Notes under the pieces: model-generated
The model's database searches: none
What the model saw: only the letters and a program-made list of their open reading frames with translations
What the model was told of the DNA's origin: nothing
Part shown: one piece after another, positions 48,153 to 57,733 of the stretch
How the letters are laid out: each line of letters begins with the position of its first letter
Numbering within the stretch: the first letter of the stretch is position 1
Program-made: the position numbers and the translations under genes
From: Thermoanaerobaculia bacterium
GTDB lineage: Bacteria; Acidobacteriota; Thermoanaerobaculia; UBA5066
Reading direction: 5' to 3'
Assembly: GCA_963719225.1 (NCBI GenBank)
Contig: CAVRAY010000001.1
Location: forward strand, 3,136,001-3,200,000
Length of the DNA stretch: 64,000 nucleotides

Positions 48153-51100
48153 GTGATCGGCCGCAAGCGCGAGCTGACTCTCGTCGTGCTCCTGCTCGGG
48201 GCGGCGACGAGCGCCGCATCGGAAGGGATGAGGATCCTGACGTTCGTGCCGGGTGTGGCGAACGGGCGCCTGCCCATCGTCGTCGATCTCGGATCTTCGC
48301 GGCCGCCGGCCGAGCTCCTTCAGAACGGCCGGCATGCATGCGCCGTCGCGGCCGTTCACCAGACGTGCGTCGTGGACCTCGGGCTCTCTCCGCGCGTCAC
48401 GCTCCTGGAGCTCGTGAGGCGCGACGGCTCCGGACGGGTCGTCGAGACGGCACGGCGGTGGGTGAACAAGCCGTCGGATGCCCGCGCGGAGGTCCTCGCT
48501 CGGAGCGACTGCACGCATGCGAACGAAGCCTGCACGTTGACGTTTTCCTGGTCTCACGAGAACGCCGCCGCCCCCCGCGCGCTCCTCGTCACGATCGACG
48601 GACGGAAGGTATACGACGGCGAACCGAAGGACGTCGCGATGCCGCCCGCCCGGGGGAGCGCGGCGCGCATCGTCTCGGTCGAGCTCTCCTTCGAGGATGG
48701 GGAGCGGGCGACCCGGACCCTGCTCGTCGGGAGCGGCGTCTCGAGCGCCGTCGACGCGCCGCTCAACGCCGTGCCGGTCCTTCCGCACGGCCCGGCCGCG
48801 CGGGATCCGGCGCGCCTCGAGATGCTCGGAGGACGTCGGGTGCACTCGGTCGAGCCCGGGGAACGGGAGGTTCTCTTCGTCGTGGCCCCCTCCGCAATCG
48901 CGAAGCTCAAGGCGCTCACCGAGGAATCGCAGAAGCCGTTCAGCCGGAGTGCGGGGCGCATGCACAGGCTTCTCGAGGGCGTGGACCACGTCGTCTTCTT
49001 CTCCGCCGTCGCGACGCGCGGCGCTTTCAGTACCGCGTCCCGTGTCTCGGACCGGATGTACCGCCTGCAGGGCTACGACTGCACCCCGAAGAACGACTAT
49101 CGCGAGCGCACCCTCGCTCTTCCCTGCGTGGACCAGAATCTCCTCACAGGGGAGCGGTACCGCCTCGCGGCGACCGTGGCGTCGGCCGCGTACGTCCGCG
49201 CCGCCGTGCCGCGGCGGCGCACCGTCGTCGTCGTCCTCGGAGACGAGGAGACGGCGAGCGACGAAAGCCCTTACGGCGCCGCAGACGCGCGACGGTATCT
49301 CGCCGATCTCCTCGTTCCGGTCGAGGTGTGGCGCCTGGGAAGCGCCGCGGCGCGCGACTGGCCTGAAGGCCGCCGGCTGTCCGGCGCGGAAGACCTCGTC
49401 CGCGGATGGGAGGCGCTGCGGGCGGGCCTGGATGCCCAGAGGCTCTGCTGGATCGCCGAAGACCTCGACCCGGCCGCGTTTCGCCTGGCGCCCGAAGATC
49501 AGGGGCTCGCGCTCGCGGGCCGCGGCGAGACCGCCGCCCCGCTGGCGGTCGCGTCCGGCGAGGAAACCGGTGAATCGGGCACGATCACTCGGGCCCCGGT
49601 TCCCGCAGAGGCGTCGAAGAAGAGCGTCTCGGCCTCGCAGGAGGTCGCCCTCGTGAACCTCGAGGCTTTCGTGACGGATCGCAAGGGCCGGCGCGTGCCC
49701 GGCCTCGCGGCCGCCGACTTCACGCTGAAGGTCGGCGGCAAGGTCGTCGCGATCACGAACTTCTCGGAGTTCCGGCCGCCGCGCTCCGCCACGGCTTCCG
49801 CAGAACCATCGCCCGCGCGCCCCAAGCGCCGCGTCGTTCTCTTCGTGGATCGCCTGACGCTCGGCGACGCGCGCCGCAGCGCCGTCTTCTTCGGCTCGCT
49901 GAAGGACTTCGTCGTCCGGACGGTCCAGCCAGGCGATGAGGCCGCGGTCCTCACGTTCGACGAGACGCTCGCGACGAGCGTGCCGTTCACGGGCGACGCC
50001 TCGAAGGTCCTCCAGGCGCTCGACCGCCTCGCGAAGGAGAGCGCCCGGCCACCGGCCGCGTTCGCGGGCACGGAAAGCGCCGAGAGACTCGTGGACGAGT
50101 TCGAGCAGGCCGAGCGCGAGATCGCCCAGAGGGACGCGAACATCCGGCGAGGCGCCGCGGCGCCACCGCCTCCCCCGCGGGAGGCGGTCGCGCCGCAGAC
50201 TGCCCCGATCAACCCCACGGTCCTCGCGGAGGCACGCGGGCTCGCGGCTCAGGAATGGGCGCGAATCCGCCGCAAAGCCGCCGCCGTGCGCTCGATCCTC
50301 GTGGCCCTCGGCGGCATGGACGGCCGGCGACTGCTCGTCGTCGCGTCGCATCGACTCTCGCGCTACACGGGTCTCGAGCATTTTCTGTCCAAGCGCCTCG
50401 ACAGGGACGTCTTCGTTCCGCAGGAGGCGCACGAGTTCGACGCGCGCGAGCTCCTCGTCTCGCTCGCCCAGGCCGCGAACAGCTACGGAGTGATGCTCCA
50501 CGGTCTGTATCCGGAAGCGGGAGGCGACTTCGACCTTTCCGTCGTCCAGCGCACGACTCCGCAGTTCACGGGTCAGGCCATGAACGGGCGGCGCGGAATC
50601 TGGATCGACGCGAACGAAAGCGACGGCCTGCACCTCGCCGTCGACGATACCGGCGGCCTGGTCGGCCTCGGGGCCGAGAGGGCAGCGGACGCGCTCTCCG
50701 GCGCGGCTGAGGACCTCGAGTCGTACTACTCGCTCGGCTTCCCGGTCGAGGGCCTCGCCGGCGGAAAGCCGCTCGCCGTGGAGCTCAAGGTCTCGGCTCC
50801 GGGCGCGGCCGTGAGGACCCGCCGGACGGTCGCACGGCGGAGCGCGGCGGACCGCGTCGCCGACCGCGCCGTGTCGAACCTCTTCAGTCGAGATCCGGCC
50901 TCGCGGCTGCCGCTCGAGGCGCGTGTCACGTCCACGTCGCCGGAGGCGAAAGGCCGCCTGAAGGTCGCGTACGAGGTCACGATTCCGGCCTCGTCGCTCG
51001 GTATTTTCCCGGACTCGGGCGGGCGCGTCGCGAAGATCGCGGCGTTCGTCGCGCTCCTCGACGGCGGCGACGTGACCCAGGCCCCGCCCGTCAGCCGGGA

Positions 51101-51266
51101 GTTCAGGACCGGCGAGGATGCCTTCGCGGACGCGGCGGGCCGATTCGTATTCGCGGGCGAAGCCGTCGTCGCCCCGGGTTCCACGATATCCATCGGCATC
51201 CTCGACGAGGCCACGCAGGAGGCCGGCTTCGAGAGGATCGACGTCCCGGGGCCGGCGACGAGATAG
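48153..51266 (+). CDS. Exported VWA-domain protein (acidobacterial VWFA-related type), two-module
   Basis: Signal peptide; VALVNLEAFVTDRKGRRVPGLAAADF, VVLFVD, VPFTGD, LAVDDTGG, YYSLGF. Confidence 0.85.
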   Translation: MIGRKRELTLVVLLLGAATSAASEGMRILTFVPGVANGRLPIVVDLGSSRPPAELLQNGRHACAVAAVHQTCVVDLGLSPRVTLLELVRRDGSGRVVETARRWVNKPSDARAEVLARSDCTHANEACTLTFSWSHENAAAPRALLVTIDGRKVYDGEPKDVAMPPARGSAARIVSVELSFEDGERATRTLLVGSGVSSAVDAPLNAVPVLPHGPAARDPARLEMLGGRRVHSVEPGEREVLFVVAPSAIAKLKALTEESQKPFSRSAGRMHRLLEGVDHVVFFSAVATRGAFSTASRVSDRMYRLQGYDCTPKNDYRERTLALPCVDQNLLTGERYRLAATVASAAYVRAAVPRRRTVVVVLGDEETASDESPYGAADARRYLADLLVPVEVWRLGSAAARDWPEGRRLSGAEDLVRGWEALRAGLDAQRLCWIAEDLDPAAFRLAPEDQGLALAGRGETAAPLAVASGEETGESGTITRAPVPAEASKKSVSASQEVALVNLEAFVTDRKGRRVPGLAAADFTLKVGGKVVAITNFSEFRPPRSATASAEPSPARPKRRVVLFVDRLTLGDARRSAVFFGSLKDFVVRTVQPGDEAAVLTFDETLATSVPFTGDASKVLQALDRLAKESARPPAAFAGTESAERLVDEFEQAEREIAQRDANIRRGAAAPPPPPREAVAPQTAPINPTVLAEARGLAAQEWARIRRKAAAVRSILVALGGMDGRRLLVVASHRLSRYTGLEHFLSKRLDRDVFVPQEAHEFDARELLVSLAQAANSYGVMLHGLYPEAGGDFDLSVVQRTTPQFTGQAMNGRRGIWIDANESDGLHLAVDDTGGLVGLGAERAADALSGAAEDLESYYSLGFPVEGLAGGKPLAVELKVSAPGAAVRTRRTVARRSAADRVADRAVSNLFSRDPASRLPLEARVTSTSPEAKGRLKVAYEVTIPASSLGIFPDSGGRVAKIAAFVALLDGGDVTQAPPVSREFRTGEDAFADAAGRFVFAGEAVVAPGSTISIGILDEATQEAGFERIDVPGPATR

Positions 51267-51323
51267 CGGCGGGGGGTTGCGTTTCGCGCCATCCGGCCAC
51301 ATCTTCTCGCCGGAGGAGGAGCG

Positions 51324-51695
51324 ATGCACGAATCCAAACCCTCTCGGCCCGTCGTCTTCCCGCCGACCGGCGGCACCCTGTACAAAGTCAAGACCGGCGA
51401 CACCTGGGCATCCATCGCGAGCGCGCACTCTCTCGACCCATGGTGGCTGATCGAATTCAACTTTCCCGTCATCGACTACGCGCCCGATTTTCAGACGATC
51501 TGCCGCCAGGTGAACTAGCTGCTGCGGCACCACGTGGGCTGCACGATGACGGCTGACGGGATGAACTACCGCTTCGATTCCTCCGATACCCCGGGCGCGA
51601 TTTACATTCCCTACCACGGTCGCGTGAGTGGATCGCGGGTGAGGTCCAAGTTCATGGAATTCAAATTGACCGACGTCTTCGTCACTGGGGTGTAG
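51324..51695 (+). pseudogene. LysM-like N-domain protein with premature TAG at 51516-51518
   Basis: Paralog of the N-terminus of 51760-52596. TAG replaces TGG (QVN*LL vs QVNWLL); similarity continues (VGCT...ADG.NYRFDS.DTPG.IYIP) and the frame ends at TAG 51695. Confidence 0.8.
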
Positions 51696-51723
51696 GCTTC
51701 GGGATCGAGACTATGATCCGCTG
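51686..51723 (-). repeat. Degenerate copy of the tRNA-Val 3' half (relic att-like site)
   Basis: aggcttcgggatcgagactatgatccgctg (51694-51723) matches tRNA-Val aggtatcgggatcgaaccgatgacctgctg at 23/30 positions, same orientation. Confidence 0.65.
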
Positions 51724-51759
51724 GTTCGCCATGCGGGCACCTCGCGGCAGGAGACGACC

Positions 51760-52596
51760 ATGCTCGAATCCAGACCGTCCCAACCCGTCGTCTTTCCCCC
51801 CACCAGCGGCATGCCGTACAGAGTCAGGACCGGCGACAACTGGGAATCCATCGCGAGCGCCAACGGCCTCGACACGTGGCTCTTGATCGAATTCAACTTC
51901 CCGGTCGTCCGGAGCGCACCTGACTTTCAAACGAAGTGCCGGCAGGTGAACTGGCTGCTGCACGACCGCGTGGGATGCACCCGGTCGGCCGACGGACTGA
52001 ACTACCGCTTCGACTCCGCCGATACCCCGGGAGTGATCTACATTCCATCGCCGGCGGTGGCCTTTACGCACCGGGTCAATCTCCACTTCCGGAGCCTGAG
52101 CCTGACCGCGGTCGCCTTCGACACCATCCTGCGGGGGGCGCAGAAGGTCTATGCGCAGTACGGCATCAGGATCGACTTCGCCTCGGGACTGTCGTTCGGC
52201 CTCCCCGAAGAGCAGGCGCGACGACTCGAGACGGTCGACGGCACGTGCGGCTGGTCGATCTCGTCCGGTGAGTACAGCGAGGTACAAAGCCTCGCCGGAG
52301 GAATCCCGCGCAACGACATTCTCGTCTGCTACATCAGCCGCTTCTCGACCGGTAATACGGGCTGTGGCGGCCACGCCCCCGACAAGCCCGCTTGCATCGT
52401 GGCCTCTTCGGGCAGCCAGTGGACGACCGCCCACGAGGTCGGACACGTGCTGCTCGGATCGGGCTTCTCTCCCGTCCACGAGTCGACCCGCTCGAATCTG
52501 ATGTACCCCACGATCAACCTCGGAAGCGCGACGCCCGTTCTGACCGACGCCCAGGTGGCGCAGATGAAACGATCGCCCTGCTGCGTGGCGATCTGA
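51760..52596 (+). CDS. LysM-like N-domain fused to a zinc metalloprotease
   Basis: YRVRTGDNWESIA; TTAHEVGHVLLGSGFSPVH...NLMYP (HExxH, third His, Met-turn); RBS AGGAG; no signal peptide. Confidence 0.85.
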   Translation: MLESRPSQPVVFPPTSGMPYRVRTGDNWESIASANGLDTWLLIEFNFPVVRSAPDFQTKCRQVNWLLHDRVGCTRSADGLNYRFDSADTPGVIYIPSPAVAFTHRVNLHFRSLSLTAVAFDTILRGAQKVYAQYGIRIDFASGLSFGLPEEQARRLETVDGTCGWSISSGEYSEVQSLAGGIPRNDILVCYISRFSTGNTGCGGHAPDKPACIVASSGSQWTTAHEVGHVLLGSGFSPVHESTRSNLMYPTINLGSATPVLTDAQVAQMKRSPCCVAI

Positions 52597-52620
52597 ACGG
52601 TCGCGACCGGGGGTCGGCGG

Positions 52621-52652
52621 GGGCGGTTCGTACCGGGTTCGAATCGGCGGCC
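52621..52652 (-). repeat. Second degenerate tRNA 3'-end-like fragment
   Basis: gtaccgggttcgaatcggcggcc matches tRNA-Val gtatcgggatcgaaccgatgacc at 17/23 positions and keeps the T-loop; intergenic. Confidence 0.45.
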
Positions 52653-52671
52653 ACCGGCCGGGCGAGCGCCC

Positions 52672-53256
52672 CTACGGGAGCATCTTGATGGCCACGGTAT
52701 TGGTCGACATGTGGGTCTCCATGCCCCCGCCCTTGACCAGTACCGCCTTGCCCGACCCCAGCCTCTTCGCGATGTAGTCTCTCGCCTTTTCGTTGTTGGC
52801 CCCGAACGTCGTGTAGACGTAGGTGATCTTCGCCGAGTTCCCGTCCGCCAGGGCCTTGTAGAAGTCCGGGACCGAGGAGCCGGAGCGCTGGGTCACGCCC
52901 ATCCAGATGTCGACCAGGAAGATCGACGAGAACAGGTCGGGCCCGTTGCTGGGCAGCAGGTCCATCCCGGGCCGGTATCCGCCCGAGAAGAGATAGAGGA
53001 TCTGCTGGGACGGAGTGAGGCTCTGCGCCTTGAGAGTGCTCGCCAGCGCGGTATGGGAATGAGTGCCGTTCACGGTATTGCTGCGCGCAACGAAGATGTG
53101 AAAGCGGTCCTTGACCTTGTTCATGTAGTTCCACATGTAGACGCCACTGTGAACACCACCCACGTCGATGCCGCCGAACACGACCAGCAGCGGGGCGCTC
53201 GCGTCGGGTGCCGCCGAAAACTTCCCGTAGCTCGGGACGTCGATTGGATCACCCAT
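52672..53256 (-). CDS. Small alpha/beta-hydrolase-like protein
   Basis: LLVVFGG, nucleophile-elbow-like YLFSGG, IFLVD, C-terminal His (ETHM); RBS GGGAGG. Confidence 0.65.
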   Translation of the reverse strand: MGDPIDVPSYGKFSAAPDASAPLLVVFGGIDVGGVHSGVYMWNYMNKVKDRFHIFVARSNTVNGTHSHTALASTLKAQSLTPSQQILYLFSGGYRPGMDLLPSNGPDLFSSIFLVDIWMGVTQRSGSSVPDFYKALADGNSAKITYVYTTFGANNEKARDYIAKRLGSGKAVLVKGGGMETHMSTNTVAIKMLP

Positions 53257-53323
53257 GTCGATCCTCCCTTTCGTCCAGGGTTCCAGTCCGTGGCGCCATG
53301 TCGCGAGCGGCGAGCGAGATGCA

Positions 53324-53398
53324 TGGTGGGAGGTATCGGGATCGAACCGATGACCTGCTGCGTGTAAAGCAGACGCTCTCCCGCTGAGCTAACCTCCC
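53324..53398 (-). tRNA. tRNA-Val(TAC)
   Basis: Reverse complement GGGAGGTTAGCTCAGCGGGAGAGCGTCTGCTTTACACGCAGCAGGTCATCGGTTCGATCCCGATACCTCCCACCA. Confidence 0.96.
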
Positions 53399-53459
53399 GC
53401 GAACAGTTTACGACTCGAAAAGTCCGAATTCACAGCCTCTGGAAGAAACGAGGGCGGCT

Positions 53460-53487
53460 TTGACATTTCTCATCTGATCGGAAAGAT
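53460..53487 (+). promoter_or_regulatory. Possible sigma70 promoter for the oxidoreductase operon
   Basis: TTGACA, 16-nt spacer, AAAGAT, upstream of RBS AAGGAG and ATG 53520. Confidence 0.35.
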
Positions 53488-53519
53488 CCCCCCGTTTCGT
53501 ATTCCCGCAAGGAGCGCAG

Positions 53520-54995
53520 ATGGAACGCTACAACCTCGTGGTGATCGGTGCGGGTTCCGGCGGTCTCGTCGTCGCCGCGGGAGGGTCGGGGCTCGGCGCG
53601 CGTGTCGCCCTCGCGGAAAAGCACGTTCTTCCCTTCACTCCCGAGGGTGGAACGCCGGTCAAGGCGATGGGCGGCGACTGCCTGCAGTACGGCTGCGTGC
53701 CCTCGAAGGCGCTGCTCCGCGCCGCTAAGGCAGCCCACGCCGCCCGAGAGGCGGGCCGCTTCGCGATTCGCGGCGTCCCCGATCCCGGCCCGCAGGACAT
53801 CGACGCGGTCATGGACTACGTCCGCCGCGCGCAGGCCGAGATCTCTCCGGCCGACTCGGTGGAGCGCTTCACGGGGCTCGGCGTGGACGTCCTCCTGGGC
53901 GCGGGACGCCTGAAGTCCGACCACGAAGTCGAGGTCGGCGGCACGACGGTGTGGGGGAAGCACGTCGTCATCGCGACCGGCTCGCGCGCCATGATCTATC
54001 CCATCCCCGGCCTGCAAGAGGCGGGCTACCTCACGAACGAGAGCGTCTTCGGCGTGACGAAGCTGCCCGAAAGCCTGCTCCTCATGGGGGGCGGGCCGAT
54101 CGGCACCGAGCTCGGGCAGGCCTTCTCGCGCCTGGGCTCGAAGGTCACGATCGTGTCGTCCACCCCGCACATCTGCCCGAAGGAAGACGCGGACGTCGCC
54201 GAAGTCCTCGTGAAGGCGCTCAAGAGAGAAGGCGTCACGATCCACGATGATTCGCGCGCCACGAAAGTCGCGAAGAAAGACGGCAGGAAGATCGTCACGG
54301 TCAAGCCCGCGGGCGGTCCCGAGTTCGACGTCGCGGTGGACGAGATCCTCGTCGCCACGGGCCGCCGCCCGAACATCGAAGGCCTGAACCTCGACGCGGT
54401 CGGCGTGAAGCACGACCAGAAGGCCATCGCCACCGACGCGAAGTGCCGCACGAACGTGTCCTCCGTCTGGGCCATCGGCGACGTGGCGGGGAACTACCTC
54501 TTCACGCACTGGGCGGGCTATCAGGCCGGCGTCGTGCTGCGCAACACGCTGTCCCCGGTGGCCCTCGCGAAGTGCGATTTCGAGAACACGCCCTGGGTCA
54601 CGTATACGGAGCCCGAGATCGCCCACGTCGGCCTCGGGGAGGACGACGCGAAGAGAAGGAACGTCCCCTATCGCGTCTTTCACGCCGAGTTCCTCCACAA
54701 CGACCGCGCCGTCTGCGACGGGACGCAGGAGGACAACTTCGCGAAGGTGCTCATCGATCCGAAGGGGAAGATCCTGGGCGCCGCGATCGTCCACCCTCAT
54801 GCCGGCGACCTTCTCGGCGAGATCGTCCTCGCGAAGAAGAACGGGCTCGGCCTCTCCGCCCTCGGCTCGGTGATCCACGCCTACCCGTCTCTTTCGCAGA
54901 TCAACGGCGCCCTCGCGCGCGCCTATCTCAAGACCTCGCTGACGCCGGGCCGCAAGAAGATCCTCACGAAGCTGGCCACGTTCCTCAGGAGATGA
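53520..54995 (+). CDS. Pyridine nucleotide-disulfide oxidoreductase (dihydrolipoamide dehydrogenase / mercuric reductase-like)
   Basis: GAGSGG, GGDCLQYGCVPSK, GGGPIGTE, ATGRRPN, WAIGD, IHAYPS. Confidence 0.93.
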   Translation: MERYNLVVIGAGSGGLVVAAGGSGLGARVALAEKHVLPFTPEGGTPVKAMGGDCLQYGCVPSKALLRAAKAAHAAREAGRFAIRGVPDPGPQDIDAVMDYVRRAQAEISPADSVERFTGLGVDVLLGAGRLKSDHEVEVGGTTVWGKHVVIATGSRAMIYPIPGLQEAGYLTNESVFGVTKLPESLLLMGGGPIGTELGQAFSRLGSKVTIVSSTPHICPKEDADVAEVLVKALKREGVTIHDDSRATKVAKKDGRKIVTVKPAGGPEFDVAVDEILVATGRRPNIEGLNLDAVGVKHDQKAIATDAKCRTNVSSVWAIGDVAGNYLFTHWAGYQAGVVLRNTLSPVALAKCDFENTPWVTYTEPEIAHVGLGEDDAKRRNVPYRVFHAEFLHNDRAVCDGTQEDNFAKVLIDPKGKILGAAIVHPHAGDLLGEIVLAKKNGLGLSALGSVIHAYPSLSQINGALARAYLKTSLTPGRKKILTKLATFLRR

Positions 54996-54998
54996 CCC

Positions 54999-55733
54999 AT
55001 GGACGACGTTTCCGCCGCTCCGGCGAAAAAGCCCTTTCCCGTCGCGAAGGTGGCGGTCGCCGTCGTCGCCGTCGCCGGCCTCTTCCTCCTCTTTCGACTG
55101 CTCCCCATCGCCGCGTGGATCGAGCAGTTCAAGACGTACGTCAGGGGCCAGGGCGCGCTCGGCTACGTCATCTTCGGCCTCGTCTACATCGGTGTCTCGC
55201 TCGTTCCCGCGGGCCCCGCGGCGATCATGACGCTCGCCGCGGGGGCCGTTTATGGCGTCGTGACCGGGACGATCCTCGTCTCCCTTTCCTCGATCACCGC
55301 GGCCACTCTCGCCTTTCTCCTCGCGCGCGGCGCTTTCCGGGAGCGCGTGCAGAAGATCGCCCGGGAAAACAAGACGTTCGGGAGCCTGAACCGGGCGATC
55401 GAGAAGGAAGGGGCGAGGATTGTCGTGCTCGTTCGGCTCTCGCCGGCCTTCCCGTTCACGATCGTCAACTACCTCTTCGGCCTCACGCCGGTGAAGCTCG
55501 CGTCGTATTTCTTCGCGAGCTGGATCGCGATGCTTCCCGGCACGCTCGCCTACGTGTACTTCGGCTCGGCGATCGGGGACGTGACGGGCAGCGCCACGGC
55601 GCTCCAGAAGGCCATCAAGATCACTCTCGCCATCGCGGCCGTCGTCGCCACGGTCTTCATCGCGCGAATCGCGGCGAAGGCGATCAAGAGCGCGGGCGTG
55701 GCGGAGGAGTCTCCCGCGACGCCCGCTACTTGA
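54999..55733 (+). CDS. TVP38/TMEM64 (DedA/VTT) membrane protein
   Basis: TLAAGAVYG, LAFLLAR, LVRLSPAFPFTIVNYLFGLT, MLPGT. Confidence 0.92.
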   Translation: MDDVSAAPAKKPFPVAKVAVAVVAVAGLFLLFRLLPIAAWIEQFKTYVRGQGALGYVIFGLVYIGVSLVPAGPAAIMTLAAGAVYGVVTGTILVSLSSITAATLAFLLARGAFRERVQKIARENKTFGSLNRAIEKEGARIVVLVRLSPAFPFTIVNYLFGLTPVKLASYFFASWIAMLPGTLAYVYFGSAIGDVTGSATALQKAIKITLAIAAVVATVFIARIAAKAIKSAGVAEESPATPAT

Positions 55734-56376
55734 CGCTGTCGGAGAGCACGGAGATCGTCTGAATCTCCGGCGGCAGGTGCGACACGTCGTCGAGCAGGAG
55801 CGGCGTCGCCGGCGCAGAGCCGTCCCACTCGAACGCGGAGAGCGAACCGTTCCGCTGGCGAATCTCGTCCATCCTTCCAAGATCCCGCCCGAGGAGCCGC
55901 GTCATGAGAATGCGGTTGAAGCGTCCGTGCGCCACGACGAGCGGCGCGCGCGCGCCCGACGCCCGCAGCCGTCCGAGAAAGCGGTCCGCCCGGATCGCGG
56001 TGTGCGCCGGAGACTCCCCTCCCGCGGGTGACACCTCCGTCTCGCCTGCCCGCCAGCGCGCCCTCACGCCCGAGACTTCCTTCTCGATCGCTCCGTTGTA
56101 GGGCCGGCCCGACCACACGCCCCAGTCGAATTCGACGAGATCTCCGTCCAGCGACACGTCGAGGCCGAGAGGGGCCGCGACGATGGCTGCGGTTTCGCGC
56201 GCCCGGATCATCGGGCTGGCCCAGACCACGTCGATGGGCTCCCCTTCGAGGCGCACCGCGAGAGATTCCGCCTGGCGCGTCCCTCGTGCCGAAAGAGGCG
56301 TGTCATAACGAGAGCCCTGCAGCGCTCCGGCGAAATTGCCCTCGCTCTCGCCATGCCGCGCGATCCGGACCAGCAT
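55726..56376 (-). CDS. Histidine phosphatase family protein
   Basis: RHGESEGN, SPMIRARETA, EFDWGVW, GGES, VVAHG. Confidence 0.92.
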   Translation of the reverse strand: MLVRIARHGESEGNFAGALQGSRYDTPLSARGTRQAESLAVRLEGEPIDVVWASPMIRARETAAIVAAPLGLDVSLDGDLVEFDWGVWSGRPYNGAIEKEVSGVRARWRAGETEVSPAGGESPAHTAIRADRFLGRLRASGARAPLVVAHGRFNRILMTRLLGRDLGRMDEIRQRNGSLSAFEWDGSAPATPLLLDDVSHLPPEIQTISVLSDSVK

Positions 56377-56422
56377 GCGAAGGGATTCTATGAAATGCGG
56401 CTCCCCGTATCATCTCGGGCCG

Positions 56423-57703
56423 ATGCGCACCGTCGCCCGAGACTTTCCCGACGTCGTCGGAGCCATTTCCGACGACGGCGTCCGTGCCCTCTTCTCGCAG
56501 AGATTCCTCGTCGCGACGGAGATCTACGACGAGCTCGTCGACGCGGCCTGCTGGAAGATCCTCGGAGACATCGGCGCGCGCCCGGCGCCCGGGGAGGAGA
56601 AGAACGAAGAGGAGATTCTTGCTCAATACCCCGAGCGCACCCACGCGGCTCTTCGATACATGTTCGAGAAGCTGGCCGGGAGCAAGTATTTACTTAGAAG
56701 GGTGAGTGAGGCAGGCGCTGCGGGCAACACCCCGGCGGTTCCCGACGCCGCAGCGTCCATTCACCTTCCAAGAAAGTCCACCGAAACCTCAGCCCCACCA
56801 GCAGCAGGAAACGTGCGGGAACAAGAAGATCTTCCGAAAACCACCATTATCCTGACGGGGACACAACCCGGAACGGTCGAGTCCCTTGCCGCCGAGCTCG
56901 CCGCCACGGAGCCCGATGCCGCCGTCGGCGCCGAGATCGTGAGTCTCCTCGCGTCGGAGGCCGCGGAGTACTTCCGCGGGAGCAAGACCGGCGAGGAGAT
57001 CCTCTTCTCGCCCGTTCGCCTGCTGCTCTGGATTCGGTACTTTTCGAACGCGAACATCCTGTACGCGATCAACAATACGCTCGGCGCCGAGGCGCTCGCG
57101 CGCGTCCTGCCGGAGAAGGGCGGCGAGATCCTCGAGGTCGGAGGCGGCTGCGGAAGCGCGGCTGAAGCGGCGCTCGAGCAGCTCGGCACGCGCGTCGCGC
57201 GCTGGCGCTTCACGGAGCTCGTTCCGACGTTCGCGCGACGGGGCGAGCGGGCGGCGCGCGCCGCGGCAGCCCCCGGCACGCTCGTGGAAGCGGCGAAACT
57301 CGACATGACGAAGCCCTGGGACGAGCAGGGCGTCGCACCCGGCTCCTGCGACGCGGTGTACTCCGTCAACTGTTTCCACGTCGCGCCCGATCTCGCCTTC
57401 GTCCTCGGCCAGGCGAAGGCCGCGTTGAAGCCGGGCGGGGTCGTCGTGGTCTCGGAGTGCGTCAAGCCCGGAGCGCACCCCCCGCCCTCGTACGTCGATT
57501 TCGTCTTCAATTTCCTCACGAGCTTCACGGACGTGAAGCTCGACGCCGATCTCCGGCCGAATTTCGGCTTCCTCTCGCCCCGTGCCTGGCGCGCGAGCCT
57601 CCTCGCGGCCGGCTTCCGCGACGTCACGTTCGTTCCCGACGTGGACACCGTCGCGGCGCGCTACCCGAAGTTCTTCGTCGGAGCGATCGCCGCGCGCGTC
57701 TGA
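56423..57703 (+). CDS. Class I SAM-dependent methyltransferase with in-frame insertion
   Basis: ILEVGGGCGS, FTEL, DAVYSVNCFH, LKPGG; atypical segment at about 56685-56880. Start uncertain. Confidence 0.85.
   Translation: MRTVARDFPDVVGAISDDGVRALFSQRFLVATEIYDELVDAACWKILGDIGARPAPGEEKNEEEILAQYPERTHAALRYMFEKLAGSKYLLRRVSEAGAAGNTPAVPDAAASIHLPRKSTETSAPPAAGNVREQEDLPKTTIILTGTQPGTVESLAAELAATEPDAAVGAEIVSLLASEAAEYFRGSKTGEEILFSPVRLLLWIRYFSNANILYAINNTLGAEALARVLPEKGGEILEVGGGCGSAAEAALEQLGTRVARWRFTELVPTFARRGERAARAAAAPGTLVEAAKLDMTKPWDEQGVAPGSCDAVYSVNCFHVAPDLAFVLGQAKAALKPGGVVVVSECVKPGAHPPPSYVDFVFNFLTSFTDVKLDADLRPNFGFLSPRAWRASLLAAGFRDVTFVPDVDTVAARYPKFFVGAIAARV
56693..56772. repeat. Imperfect 80-bp palindrome inside the methyltransferase ORF
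   Basis: Left arm cttagaagggtgagtg...ggcgctgcgg pairs with right arm ccgcagcgtcc-attcaccttccaag. Confidence 0.7.
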
Positions 57704-57733
57704 GAGGCGCTCAGCGCGGAACGGTCTCTCTCG

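Noticed and set aside
51516-51518. Amber recoding (pyrrolysine or readthrough)
   Set aside because: The paralog has TGG here, so a single G-to-A change explains it; TAG is a normal stop elsewhere and no pyl genes are present in the window.
53520-54995. Mercuric reductase merA
   Set aside because: No C-terminal Cys-Cys pair, no metal-binding N-domain and no mer operon.
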